DNA from: Octopus vulgaris | Taxonomy: Eukaryota | DNA length: 64,000 nucleotides | Assembly: GCA_951406725.2 (NCBI GenBank) | Contig: OX597842.1 | Location: forward strand, 27,590,001 to 27,654,000 | Direction of reading: 5' to 3' | In this document: piece after piece, positions 1-11,823 of the stretch | How positions within the stretch are numbered: the first letter of the stretch is position 1 | Layout: each line of letters opens with the position of its first letter | Position numbers and translations under genes: made by a program | The notes under the pieces: model-generated | Seen by the model: the letters and a program-made list of their open reading frames with translations, nothing else | Database searches by the model: none | What the model was told of the DNA's origin: nothing

Positions 1-409
1 CTGATAGTGACTCAGCAATTAGAGCAAGGTCATCAGCAATATACATACATATACACAACTGTATACCCATATATATACATATATAAATACATATATGCAA
101 TTGTCAGATTTACAATTATTCCAACACATCTTCAGGTTCTATTTCAAAATATTATATATCTAATTTTACATCCCTTTAAAAATACGCAATACAATTAAGC
201 ATTAAAGATTAAAAATTAAGAAGAAAAATGATACTTTGAAATATTAAGAATTAAAATTTATTAATTATACATTATAAATATGAATTAGTATATATACATC
301 AATCATGTAAAATCAAGTATATGAGAAATACAGAATGTGAGATATAAGATTAAACATCAGAATAAAAATGTGTGTTTAAATGTGATATATAACAAGAAAA
401 ATTCAAATA

Positions 410-857
410 CACACATTGAAACTCCGACGTCTGGCAGCTGACTTGGCAGACACCCCTAAAATTATTAACCATCTTACAAACAATAACTCTGAGCACCTTT
501 TCAAACTCCACCTGTGGACATGTTTACAAAGTCAGGAAACAGCACAGCTCCCATGACTTTAGGAAACATTTTTTCACGCTAAGAGTTGCTGAAGCATGGA
601 ACAAACTGCCAGCATCAGTTGTTAGTTGTCAGAGCACTGCATCCTTCAAAATTTCCATGCTTTCTGAGATTTGCCAACACTACACCTGATTTTCTCCCCT
701 CCATACACACACAAGCATGTATCTGACTCATACATTATTCGCTTTCCAGACATTTGTACATTACTGCATATACTTTATATGCACTGTCTGACAAGTTGTG
801 GTGCACCTGAGCACTGTATACAATAATTTCATTATTATTATTATTATTATTATTATA
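410..857 (+). mobile_element. 3' end of a CR1/L2-clade LINE
   Basis: RKHFFTLRVAEAWNKLPASVV C-terminal motif followed by an (ATT)n tail. Confidence 0.75.
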
Positions 858-899
858 TGAGGATTTGGTACAAGTAGTGAAGTTGACAACCAATCTAAG

Positions 900-1700
900 A
901 CTTTTTACAAAAGATCATTCTGATGAAAGAGAGATGTAGGAAATAGTGACATTTCTGTCGAACAAAGTCTAGGTGCATTCAAAATCAACCTCACTTACAA
1001 CCTTTGTCTTTAATTCCAAGTGATTTTGTATAGGCTGACCTTGCAAATAACTTCACAGACCCCGTGAGGCTTGCAAACAGACCCATTATTACTCCAACAA
1101 ATGAAATATCACAATTTGTGAATGAATTCATGTTGACCAGGATCCCTGGCGAGGTAAAGATATACAGAAAGCTCAGATACAGTTGATAACGAAGCTCTGT
1201 ACCTAATCAAATTCATCAACAAACTCCTACCATCAGGTTTTCCATGGACATATCCTCACCTCAAAGACAAGAGGCTGCATTAGGTTTTCGAAGAATTTAG
1301 ATGTTAAACAAGGCCATTGCAATGACACAGGCTACGTTATTATCTGCTTGCACGATCTTATTATTGTGGCTGAGGTTGCTTGTGGCCCTTCTGCAGGATC
1401 AGTGCTGGTAATCTCAAGGATTCCGCATGGGTCTCAATGACTGGAGTTCCCATTCACAGTTACCACATAAACAATTTCCTGTGGAACCAGTCTCTGCCTT
1501 GACATGCAGCAAGGCACAGGGACAGACATTTAAACCAAGCAGAATATATCTTCCAACGCAATTCTTCTCCCGTGGTCAGCTGTAAGTTTCCTTTTCTAGA
1601 TTTTGGATGAAGGCTAATGTAAAAATATTGGCTGAGACAAATAGAAACTGTATATTGACTGACAATTGTGTCCACAAGGAGGTTCTACTTGAAAACAAAA
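900..1700 (+). mobile_element. Decayed Helitron PIF1-helicase fragment
   Basis: Frameshifted remnants LANRPIITPTNE, FINKLLPSGFP, QGHCNDT, KAQGQT, FSRGQL, collinear with the 56.2-57.0 kb helicase. Confidence 0.7.
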
Positions 1701-1858
1701 TGTGCATTTTAAGTAAGTTTCACAAAATGGAATTTACAACTTTCGTTTTTTGAAAAATTCCACAGGATATTTAAACTGTCTATATAACAATGGAAGTGTT
1801 TAGGGAGATGCTGGGACTTACAACAACAACAACAACAAATGAAATTTCAAAGTTTGTC

Positions 1859-1864
1859 TTTATT
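1859..1864 (-). terminator. Candidate poly(A) signal AATAAA of the ANK-RING-DD gene
   Basis: AATAAA on the minus strand followed by a (TTG)n GU-rich tract; ~270 nt past the stop if the foldback insertion is removed. Confidence 0.4.
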
Positions 1865-1954
1865 TCCACAGTTTATCTAGAACAATGAGGGAACCAAACC
1901 AGTAAAGGGGTCTACAGGTGGTAGAGAGATCTGCTAGAATTAGTAACCAAATCC

Positions 1955-3304
1955 GGATCTTTACCTTTCGACCGGCAGATTTAGAAAATAATTTCTTGTA
2001 ACTAAACACTTTCAAACTTCGTATTCTGGTAGAATGTGTCGTATAAAACATCTTTTACTCTTAGCGTTTTTGAGAAAAGTTTATATTTACAAAGTTATTT
2101 CGTGTTAAATTTGTCGTATTTCAGTAATTTCAACCAATCAATGATGTGTATTCAGCTGAATAAAATTACTGCTAACCCATGCTAGCATGCAAAGCGGACG
2201 TTAAAGGACGATGATGATGATGTTTGTCAACAACAACTGGTGGTATATATTTCGTTTGTTGTTGTTATTTATGACATCGTTCGTGCATTTGTACTGGTTT
2301 TAGCTTTAAGGTGTTAGGGTTAGGGTTTTAGGGTTAGAGTTAAGGTTTTAGTGTTCAGGGCTAGGGTTTTAGTGTCAGGGCTAAGGTTTTAGGGTTAGGG
2401 TTAGGGTTAGAGTTAAGGTTTTAGTGTTAGGGCTAGGGTTTTAGTGTCAGGGCTAAGGTTTTAGGGTTAGAGTTAGGGTTTTAGGGTTAGAGTTAAGGTT
2501 TTAGTGTTAGGGCTAGGGTTTTAGTGTCAGGGCTAAGGTGTTAGGGTTAGGGTTAGGGTTTTAGGGTTAGAGTTAAGGTTTTAGTGTTAGGGCTAGGGTT
2601 TTAGTGTCAGGGCTAAGGTTTTAGGGTTAGGGTTAGGGTTTTAGGGTTAGAGTTAAGGTTTTAGTGTTAGGGCTAGGGTTTTAGTGTCAGGGCTAAGGTT
2701 TTAGGGTTAGGGTTAGGGTTTTAGGGTTAGAGTTAAGGTTTTAGTGTTAGGGCTAGGGTTTTAGTGTCAGGGCTAAGGTTTTAGGGTTAGGGTTAGGGTT
2801 TTAGGGTTAGAGTTAAGGTTTTAGTTTTAGGGCTAGGGTTTTAGTGTCAGGGCTAAGGTTTTAGGGTTAGGGTTAAAAAAGTCTTACCGAAAATAGTAGC
2901 TGAAAAACAGGAAAAAACATAACTAAAACCAGTAGAAATGCACGAACGATTCTGGTGGTGCCATGAAGTAAACATGTTTCAGATAGACTCGTTTTCATAC
3001 AAACGTAACTGAGATGAAATATGTCATAAATAACAGTGACAAACGAAATATACACCGCCAGAAGTTGTTGTTGTTGACAAACAACGGCAGTAATTTTATT
3101 CAGATGAATACACGCCATTGATTGGTTGAAATTACCGAAATACGACAAATTTAACACGAAATAACTTTGTAAATATAAACTTTTCTCAAAAACGCTAAGA
3201 GTAAAAGATGTTTTATACGACACATTCTACCAGAATACGAAGTTTGAAAGTGTTTAGTTCCAAAAAATTATTTTCTAAATCTGCCGGTCGAAAGGTAAAG
3301 ATCC
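1955..3304. mobile_element. Non-autonomous foldback DNA transposon (GGATCT...AGATCC, ~350-bp TIRs, 8-bp TSD CCAAATCC) with an internal telomere-like array
   Basis: Arms 1955-~2308 and ~2920-3304 are reverse complements; CCAAATCC at 1947-1954 and 3305-3312. Confidence 0.9.
2310..2874 (+). repeat. Telomere-like tandem array: ~7 copies of an 80-bp higher-order unit built from TTAGGG/TTTTAGGG variants
   Basis: AGAGTTAAGG recurs at 2569, 2649, 2729 and 2809. Confidence 0.9.
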
Positions 3305-3482
3305 CCAAATCCTACTCCATTCATAACTTATCACCTTAAAGAAGGACACATTAAACAATGTGGTTCTACGTTCTCTATACTTATGAAAAAGACAGGATGG
3401 TCCTGGATGGAAGGCATTTGATAATAGGTCTGTGGTATAGACAGACTTGCGACTAAGCAACAGCAACAATTTATAAAGAAAT

Positions 3483-3688
3483 TCAATTGAATTCTGATGG
3501 TAAACATTTGAGTGCATCGTGACAGTCATTTCCTTTAAGAGCTTCTTTTAATATTCGAAGTGTACGTTTCTCTGGATCAGTACGTTGATGCCATTTGAGC
3601 AGCATCTGGAAGCCTTGTTCCGCAACGTCAAGAGGATAGTCATGCCTGATGTTGTCCAGCTCATATTGTTGAATTTCTAATTCCCTTC
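3483..3688 (-). CDS. Terminal coding exon, death domain C-terminal part (RELEIQQYELDNIRHDYP...FQMLLKW...LKEAL)
   Basis: TTGCAG| acceptor; death-domain pattern; TGA stop at 3485-3483. Confidence 0.88.
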
Positions 3689-4019
3689 CTGCAAAAGAAA
3701 TAAGAAATAATTGCAACAGCATTAACGATAATATAAAACCTGTGTACTGTAGGCTGTATTAATTAGGACAAAGAAATTATGTGAATAGAAGAATGAGAAA
3801 TACTTAAGAAACAGGGAAATTAGAAGACATTGTTATCTATTTCTAAAGATGTTGACAAAAATATCAAACAATTTGAAATAAAGGCTGGAGAAGGAGAAGA
3901 ATATTTTAAAGAATTGAAAATTACACATGAGAAAATGTCTGGTGAACAACTGGCAGGAGAAGTGTTTGTGTGGGTAGCAGTGTATGAGAGCCTAAAGAAT
4001 TGACAAAGACCACCAACAG

Positions 4020-4430
4020 ATAATTTCATCCATCCGTCCATTTTCTCTGCCCTCTATTCATAGGAGGGTTGTAGGGGAAGAGTCTTCAGGCACCTCCTTC
4101 ATATGATCCTATCAGAGGCAACCTTCATTAGAATTTCTGAAAGGATTTCCAAGCATGGCCAATTGAAACTATGGATATCATCCAACCATTTCATTCTTGC
4201 TCTACCCCTAGGTCTCCTGTCGGTTGGCTCAGCTTGAAGAATCCCTCTTGTGGTTCTTTCCTGTGATATTTTAATCACATGCCAGGATTACTGGAGCTGT
4301 GAATTCTCAATGCAGAGAAGCAGTCACTTGACCTGGAGAGACCCCAAATCTCCAGCCTGCACACCTTGTTGAGTAACGTTACTCCAGAGACTCTTTGGAG
4401 GAATACAATCTCAGTCGTTTGATAACATCC
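4020..4430 (-). mobile_element. Decayed RTE-clade LINE 3' fragment
   Basis: Minus-strand remnant ..RRPRGRARMKWLDDI typical of the RTE ORF2 C-terminus. Confidence 0.55.
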
Positions 4431-5537
4431 TGTGATCAATGCCTGAAATAGTCATTTGCGATGTCTTTCCACCTATGATTAATAAATATTTAAAAATTAT
4501 CAACATTCAGAAATATCTCAAAAGTGGGGATTGTGTACCTGAATGATTTCAACCACCCCAAAGTAAAAATATAATACTGTTAGGTAAATATCACATATTA
4601 TAGAGGGCACTGGCTTAAGGTTTTTGGATTCATGACTTATAACAAGAACTTCTTTCACTGGATCAAGGCCACAATTTCAAAGAATCTAATACAGGAGAGG
4701 CCCTAGAGTAAACAAAGCAATGAGAAGAGTTCTACCAACATCTACACCATACACCTACAACACTCGGGTCCTGATAGAATCACTGCATTCACAAACAAGC
4801 AAGTTTACAGGGAGGGCAGGTTAAGGTTAGGGCTGAGGAAGGACTTTGTATGTGGCAAATATACAGGAATAGTTCATAGGAACAAGTATGAAAGACATAG
4901 TTGATAGTTTCTGTTACCTAAAGGACAGAATTAGAAGTAGAGGAAACTATTCTGAAAGCACAGTAGTTAGAAGGAAAACGAGATGAAAAATGTACAGGGA
5001 GTTGTTATGTCTACTGGCAACTAAGGGATTCTGTCTCCATATGAGGGAGAGATTGCACTTTACAAATACACCTCATGCAATGTTACATAGAATGTGAAAG
5101 ATGCAATGGAAACTGCCAGGAAATGAGGTGAGCAGACATCACTAGAAGTGTAATGTTAATGTGTTGAAAACTTGGAGCCAAATAACTGGATCTCAGAAGA
5201 ATCTGTGATAGTGTACAAGAAAAAAGATAATGGTATAGATATAGAAGGGACATGGCAGATGAAATCTGGGTAAAGAAGTGCCTGGAATTCAAGTGGAAAG
5301 AAACAAGCGATCAAACTGGACAAAGGACCACAACAACTCTGGGAGAAGTCGTCTGACCATTACAAACTTAGAAAAATGGATGTAAGGTGATGATGATAAT
5401 GGACCTGGTGTTAGTGGATTCATTTTATCCCAGTATATGACTGGTATATTTTGTATGACACCCAGAGGTATAGCAAGCTGGCAATGTTGTAGATGATGTC
5501 CTTTCTTAAATTAGATAAATCATTTCTGAGTGTGAAC

Positions 5538-6412
5538 TGCCATGCTACATGGCAGTGAAACATGGGCCATGACTGCTGAGGACATGCGTAGGCTTGACAG
5601 AAATGAAGGTAGTATGATCCGCTGGATGTGGAATGTCTGTGTGCATACACGACACAGTGTAAACACCCTGAGAGGAAAGTTGGACATGAGAAGCATCAAA
5701 TGTGGTGTGCAAGAGAGACGACTACGCTGATATGGTCACGTGTTACGTATGGATGAGGACAACTGTGTGAGGAAGTGCCACTCCCTAACTGTAGAACGAA
5801 GCTGTGGAAGAGGTAGACCCAGGAAGACATGGAATGAGATGGTGAAGCATGGCCTTTGAACATTGGGCCTCACAGAGGCAATGGCAGGAGACCGAGACCT
5901 TTGGAAATATGCTGTGATTGAGAAGACCCAGCAACTAAAGTGAGATCGCAGCCATGGCCAATGCCAGTGTTGCATGTCCGGCCCATTCAAGAGTATCCTT
6001 AATGCATCGGGTGACATGATACGCTTGAGAAGACCTGTTGAGTCAAGTAAAACCAAAATTGTAGCTGTCGCCAGTGCCCCATGACTAGCCCCCGTTCTGG
6101 TGGCACATAAAAGGCATCATCCGAATGTAGTCGATGCCAGTGTCATCTGACTGACTCCTTGTGTTGGTGGCACGTAAAAAGGCGATCCGAACATGACTGA
6201 TGCTAGGTCCACCTGACTGGCTCCTGTACTGGTGACACATAAAAAGTAGCCACTACACTCTTGGAGTGGTTGGCATTAGGAAGGGCATCCAGCTGTAGAA
6301 ACTCTGCCAGATCAGATTGGAGCCTGGTGCAGCCACTGGCTCTCCAGACCTCAGTCAAACAGTCCAACCAATGCCAGCATGGAAAACAGACGTCAAATGA
6401 TGATGAAGATGA
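5538..6412 (+). mobile_element. RTE LINE 3' fragment with (GAT)n tail
   Basis: MLHGSETWAMT...RGRPRKTW; same family as 59357-61185. Confidence 0.9.
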
Positions 6413-7404
6413 TGGATTCTATCAGCTGACTCAGGGGATACTGTCATGATCCCTTGAGTCAGGGATCAAAGGTTCAAATCTAATCCCCAGCACCGCTCAA
6501 TGTAACTGGTAAAGACATTTCTCTATGCTTCACTCTATCTAGATGTATATAGGTACCATAGGGAGGTAGAAGACATTACTGTAAATAATAGGAGCATTGT
6601 ATAAATGATATTTTATGTTGTGTTAAACTGTCAGAGAAGGGGAAATGGGATATTGTGATGTTCATGCCTTTCCACATGACATTTGTAATGTAAAGGAGAG
6701 TGAAATGATTTCAATTGAGAAACAAGATCAAGTTGAGTTTGAATTTTCTGTTGAGATTCTTTTTTTCTAATATAAATGAGTGTTTCATTAACTTACAATG
6801 CTGAGTTCAATCCAGCCATGAACACAATCAACAATGGGGCCTGTCTTCTATAGAGACAGGAAATATATGTTGACCTGGGACTAAAGAATTACAATAAATA
6901 TAGAAAAACAGACTGGCCAGGGGAGAGATGACAACATGTCCCACACAATGCACACTCTCATTTTAAAAAGGTTACATTTGATAATGTGGTCCTCTTCACC
7001 CAAGAGAAAGAGCGATGGCACATCTGGAACCCTTTCCCCTTAATTCTGCCAGATTAAGGCAGATATCTGCCGAAATAAACATCAACAACAACACTCTACT
7101 AGTAAACTTACTAAAAGTGTAAACAAGCAAAAACATTGTCATTAATTCACCTGTTTACTCTTAAACAACAATATTTTTGAGTCCCCTTTTACAAACGATA
7201 GTATTAACTCTACTGGACCTTCTAATTTATACATTTTACAACCGTGCTGACGTCTGTAGATATTTTATGAAATTTCAGTGATAGCTTTACTTTATAGCTA
7301 AACTTTCAATTGGAAATTAGGAATGGAACCGGTTCTCAGTCATTCAAACAAACAAAAGTTTAGCTGAAAGCAAAATTTATAGAAATTGAGTATTTTATAC
7401 TCAC

Positions 7405-7476
7405 CAAGTGGCTGCCATTTACCTCCCAACTTTTTGGACACCCAATGAAGATGGATCTGCTTTACCATTTCAGAAT
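7405..7476 (-). CDS. Coding exon 10, death domain N-terminal part (SEMVKQIHLHWVSKKLGGKWQPL)
   Basis: TTTCAG| acceptor, G|GTGAGT donor; LGxxWxxLG continues into the next exon. Confidence 0.85.
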
Positions 7477-7949
7477 CTGAAATAAATATTTCCAAATTTT
7501 ACACTTCATAGCACAATTTCCTGATCTCTGTTAATGGTTTATATTTTATTATTGTAAGACATTCCTATCATCAATGGACAACTTCTGACCACTATAGGTT
7601 TGGTTGACACTTTTATACTTCCTACAGTGGTCCTATATAATGGCTCAATATTTAGGTCCATAACAAAATAGACTGACCTTCCTAAGCCTCCTTTTTCTAT
7701 TAAGACATCCTACTTAATCTAACAATGTTGCAATCATCTTATTTAATGATCACATGTTAACACCTTTTATCTTTCTTCTCTCTTGTATCCATGCTAAACC
7801 TATGACATGGCATTGTCCCCTCACCACTGGACTTCACTTAATCAACATTCCCCTCATCTTTTGCTTAATTCTGATGTCAACCAAGCTGGTCATCAACGAC
7901 CTTGACACAAACTCATGTCACACCTGTTATCTTTGTCAAACGTTGCTGC

Positions 7950-8700
7950 TTTTAATCTTTAATTTTAAACTATGCAACTCACAGTTCACCAGAATTTCAT
8001 CTGATTCAGGAAATATTTAAGGACTCCTTAATGAAATGCTTTTCTTTCCTGATGAGCAATGATTAGTTCTACACAGGTGAAACAGAAAGTGATAGCAAGT
8101 ATCCTAAAACACTGTATACTTGCACAAAACATCTTTAACAACATGCAAATGTTCATACACAGATTATCGCAAAGGAAAAACATCTGAAATGGTACAAAAG
8201 AAGTGATATTTAAGAATATATTATCAAGATGGTGATATAGATCAAACTTCAAGCACCAAATCTTGTTTTTGCCCAAAATTTTGACTTGGCAAATGCTTAT
8301 TGCCCATCCTCGGTTTCTGCAATGACATCAATGCCTCTACTCTTATCGGACAATGAGATCGTCTACCACAGTCCAAAACGTTTTACAAGTTACTCTTTAA
8401 CCTTTCACATCGTTTCTCCTGCTATTTTGAACTTCACTTGCTTCTGTTGATCTTTCACAAATGTCAGAATGCATTCATTATTTGTTTCAAACAGCATTCT
8501 TGAGCAATTAATTAGTCCATCCAATCTATCTAGGACTGATTGCATATACTTTGGATCTCTTGTTAGCATTTTTATGTCATCCATGAATGTCTTCTGAGGT
8601 GATTTCGCCTGAGTAATTTCTTCTCATAAATCTGCCGATCCCCATAACAAGCACAAACCAAGTGACTGATAGTGTGCAACCTACAGCTATTCCAGTTTCA
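7950..8700 (-). mobile_element. Highly decayed non-LTR RT remnant
   Basis: FMDDIKML RT catalytic motif at ~8565-8587 on the minus strand. Confidence 0.4.
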
Positions 8701-8993
8701 ATGTTGGACACATGAAAATCTTTCTAGTGCTTGTGCCACATTAAAATGTACTCAGGACTCTTTATGAAGTGGTTGGTGTTGGGGAGGGCATCCCACCACA
8801 GAAAAGGTGGAATGTTTAAGGGAGATGTGTTTCTCAAGCAGTCAAGGGGGACAGTAACTCTGAACAAGAACTGACTTGGACAGTGATCACCCATCCATTA
8901 CATGGAAGCAAGGAGAGCAGACTGTAAATGATGAGGACAATAACATCGATTGTTTTGTATCTTGCAACCAGTGTCCATCTTAAGAGTCCAGAG

Positions 8994-9024
<31 letters not shown>

Positions 9025-9806
9025 CAATTGTCTCAGCAGCAGACCAAAGCTTCTTACTTGGACAAAGACATCGTTTAATGGATGTAATGATAGATTTACT
9101 AACAGTGAAAAAAAAGACAGGGTGATCACACTTGTAAGCTTTCAACTTAACCATCTTGTTCAACAAGAACATCAACAACAATAATCAGTAAACTTATTGA
9201 AAATGTACAACAAACAAACACTGTCATTAACTCACCTGTTTACCATTAAACAACAAAATGTTTTTCTTCCTTCATTCAAAAGACAATATTAACTCTATTG
9301 TTTTTTTTTTCTAATTTAACCATTTTAGCAACAGAGCCAACACTGCTGGACATTTTATTAAATTTCTGTAATATCAATATTTTAAATACAATTCATGTTG
9401 TTACACGACTGGAAAGTACAGAGGCTGCTACATGTAGATGCATAGAGAGAGAGAGAGAGAGAGATGAAGGAAGAAACAGGGAAAGAGAGAGAGACAACAA
9501 TGAGATGAAAGAAAAGTGAATGTATCTCATTATGGGGAGAGAACAGCTTCAGGGTTTATATTTTATCTTTTGTATTTTGGCCTCATCGTGAAAGACATTT
9601 TTCCTGTGTCTCATGTTTCCATATTTCTATAAAACCCCTTTATTGGATATTCTTGCATTTGTAGGAAAAACGAATAGAATTACTTTTATCGCTAACCATT
9701 CAAAAGAAATGTAACAATGGAACCTGTTCTCAGTCATTCACACAAATAATATATCTCAGGTGAAGATAAAATTTATAGAAATTTATTACAGTTATTTTAT
9801 ACTCAC

Positions 9807-9842
9807 CAACAGACTCTACTTTTTCTTCAGACTTTGGACACA
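9807..9842 (-). CDS. Coding exon 9, 36-nt linker micro-exon (CPKSEEKVESV)
   Basis: TTTCAG| acceptor, G|GTGAGT donor; symmetric phase 1-1. Confidence 0.6.
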
Positions 9843-9955
9843 CTGAAATAAGAATTGGAAATTAAGAATGGAACCTGTTCTCAGACATTCACACAAATAA
9901 TATATTTCAGGTGAAGGTAAAATTTATAGAAATCAATTAGTTATTTTATACTCAC

Positions 9956-10006
9956 CAACAGATTCTGCAACCGTCTGGACTGCTTTTTCTTCAGACTTTG
10001 GACACA
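9956..10006 (-). pseudogene. Duplicate of the linker micro-exon with a dead acceptor (CAG>CAT)
   Basis: 51-nt paralog of 9807-9842 with intact GTGAGT donor; acceptor reads TTTCAT. Confidence 0.6.
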
Positions 10007-10329
10007 ATGAAATAAGCATTTCAAAGTTTTATACTTCATAGTAAAATTTCTTTGTCTCTTTTAATAATCTATATTCCATTTTTGTAAGGCATTCATATCA
10101 TCAATAGTCAATTGGTGACCACTATGCTTTCGGTCAACACTTTCTAAGCTGTTACTATATAATAGTTCAATATTTAGAACCACAACAAAATAGGCAAACC
10201 TTTCAAAATCTCATCTTTCTCTTAAGACATCCTATATACTAATCTAACAATTCTGAAATTCTCTCACTTAGTTATCACTTCATAACACTCTTTTTCTCTT
10301 AGTTTTGTTGTTTCTTTCTTATGTCTTTG

Positions 10330-10572
10330 CTGGACAAGTTTAACGCAAAATTTCACATTGGTTATTTGTTCCTGCCCATTAGAAAATTGCAGACTACAGC
10401 CTATAAATGACCACAAAGGCACAAATTTCACAACTTTTAAAGTAAACGCAGTGGTGTCACCCAGCACACTGCCTCATGAAAGTCACTGCTAGCTCTCACT
10501 GTGCGCGCAACGGTGTGCTGCCATCTGTTGGCATGCTACAGAACTAGTCCATGAACTTTCTGATACCACCTT
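10330..10572 (-). mobile_element. Mariner-like remnant (TIR plus transposase HTH start)
   Basis: EQITNVKFCVKL resembles the mariner N-terminal EQR.NIKFC.KLG; TIR-like AGGTGGTATCAGAAAGTTC. Confidence 0.55.
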
Positions 10573-11050
10573 GGAGCAACGACCAGGCTTCATGTTCGAA
10601 TTAAAACGAATCAACTCAAAAGTAAAACCAAAAGGTGAAAGAGTCAGAAAACAATGTCTCTTTTAGCAGTAATCACATCTAAAAACTAACGAGTGTGAGT
10701 ATAAAATGTCTAAAAGGATGGCAAACCTTATAACAAGTGTCAATCATATATAGTTACGAACAAGGAGTTGCATGTTCAAATCTCACTGGAACGCATATTT
10801 TATTCCTATCTGTATATTTTATGTTAATACCAAAACTTTGTTTAAATGTAAACATGCTCAGAGTTCAATACTCAATTTAACGAAAGTTATTTGAATATCA
10901 ATATTTTTAAACAGATTTAATATTATATTGCTTTCAATTTATATCTAAAATATATATTCTAACCAGAGACATTCTGGGTATATACCCCCCCCCCACACCA
11001 AGAAACACCATGTCTACACAGGTGGAACAGAAAATGGTAACAGGTGTCCT

Positions 11051-11262
11051 TAAGGCGGCAAACTGGCAGAATCGTTAGCATGCGGGGCGAAATGTGTAGC
11101 CGTATTTCATCTGCCGTTACGTTCTGAGTTCAAATTCCGCTGAGGTCGACTTTGCCTTTCATCCTTTTGGGGTCGATAAATTAAGTACCAGTTACGCACT
11201 GGGGTCGCTGTAATCGACTTAATACCTATGTCTGTCCTTGTTTGGCCCCTTGTGGGTAATAA
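11051..11262 (+). mobile_element. tRNA-derived SINE (octopus OR-like) with ~22-bp TSD
   Basis: A/B boxes (TGGCAGAATCGTT, GAGTTCAAATTCC); AGAAAATGGYAACAGGTGTCCT at 11029-11050 and 11263-11284. Confidence 0.85.
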
Positions 11263-11823
11263 AGAAAATGGCAACAGGTGTCCTCAAACATTCTACACTT
11301 GCATAAAAACCTCATTAACTACATATAACTGTTCATCCATATAATTTGCAGTGCAAATACCTGAAAAGGCACAAAAGAACTGCTTCTCAAGAATCTAGGA
11401 TATTTCTCACAACCTTCTTCTAGACATCAATCAAAGTTTCCTCACTCGTTTAATGACCCCTCTCTGAATCTGCCACATTGCAATGGGGTGAAAACCCAGC
11501 TACAAACAAATTTGAGGACACAAAATTTATACCTCTGTACAAGGGTTTGACAGACACAAACTGTCTTTCCGATGTTGTACTTAATAGAAAAATAACATTA
11601 CAAGGAATATGTAACACTACTCACTCCCCATTCCACCACAAATGATAATTGAGATCAACTAATTGAAAATGCCTCTACAATGTTTTATAAATTACATCTA
11701 ATTAGTGTTGGTGAAAATGGTTGGGTCAATTTTCTGCCACTCATTGTGTGATACTAATGTTATTTCATATTTTTTCATTGAATATCTCATCAATAACTTA
11801 TCAGCTGTTAATATTTGTTGAAA

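Noticed and set aside
2310-2874. True telomere or chromosome-fusion scar
   Set aside because: Array is degenerate, single-orientation and enclosed by TIRs with a TSD.
11051-11150. tRNA genes
   Set aside because: A/B boxes belong to multi-copy SINE heads with TSDs; no complete cloverleaf.
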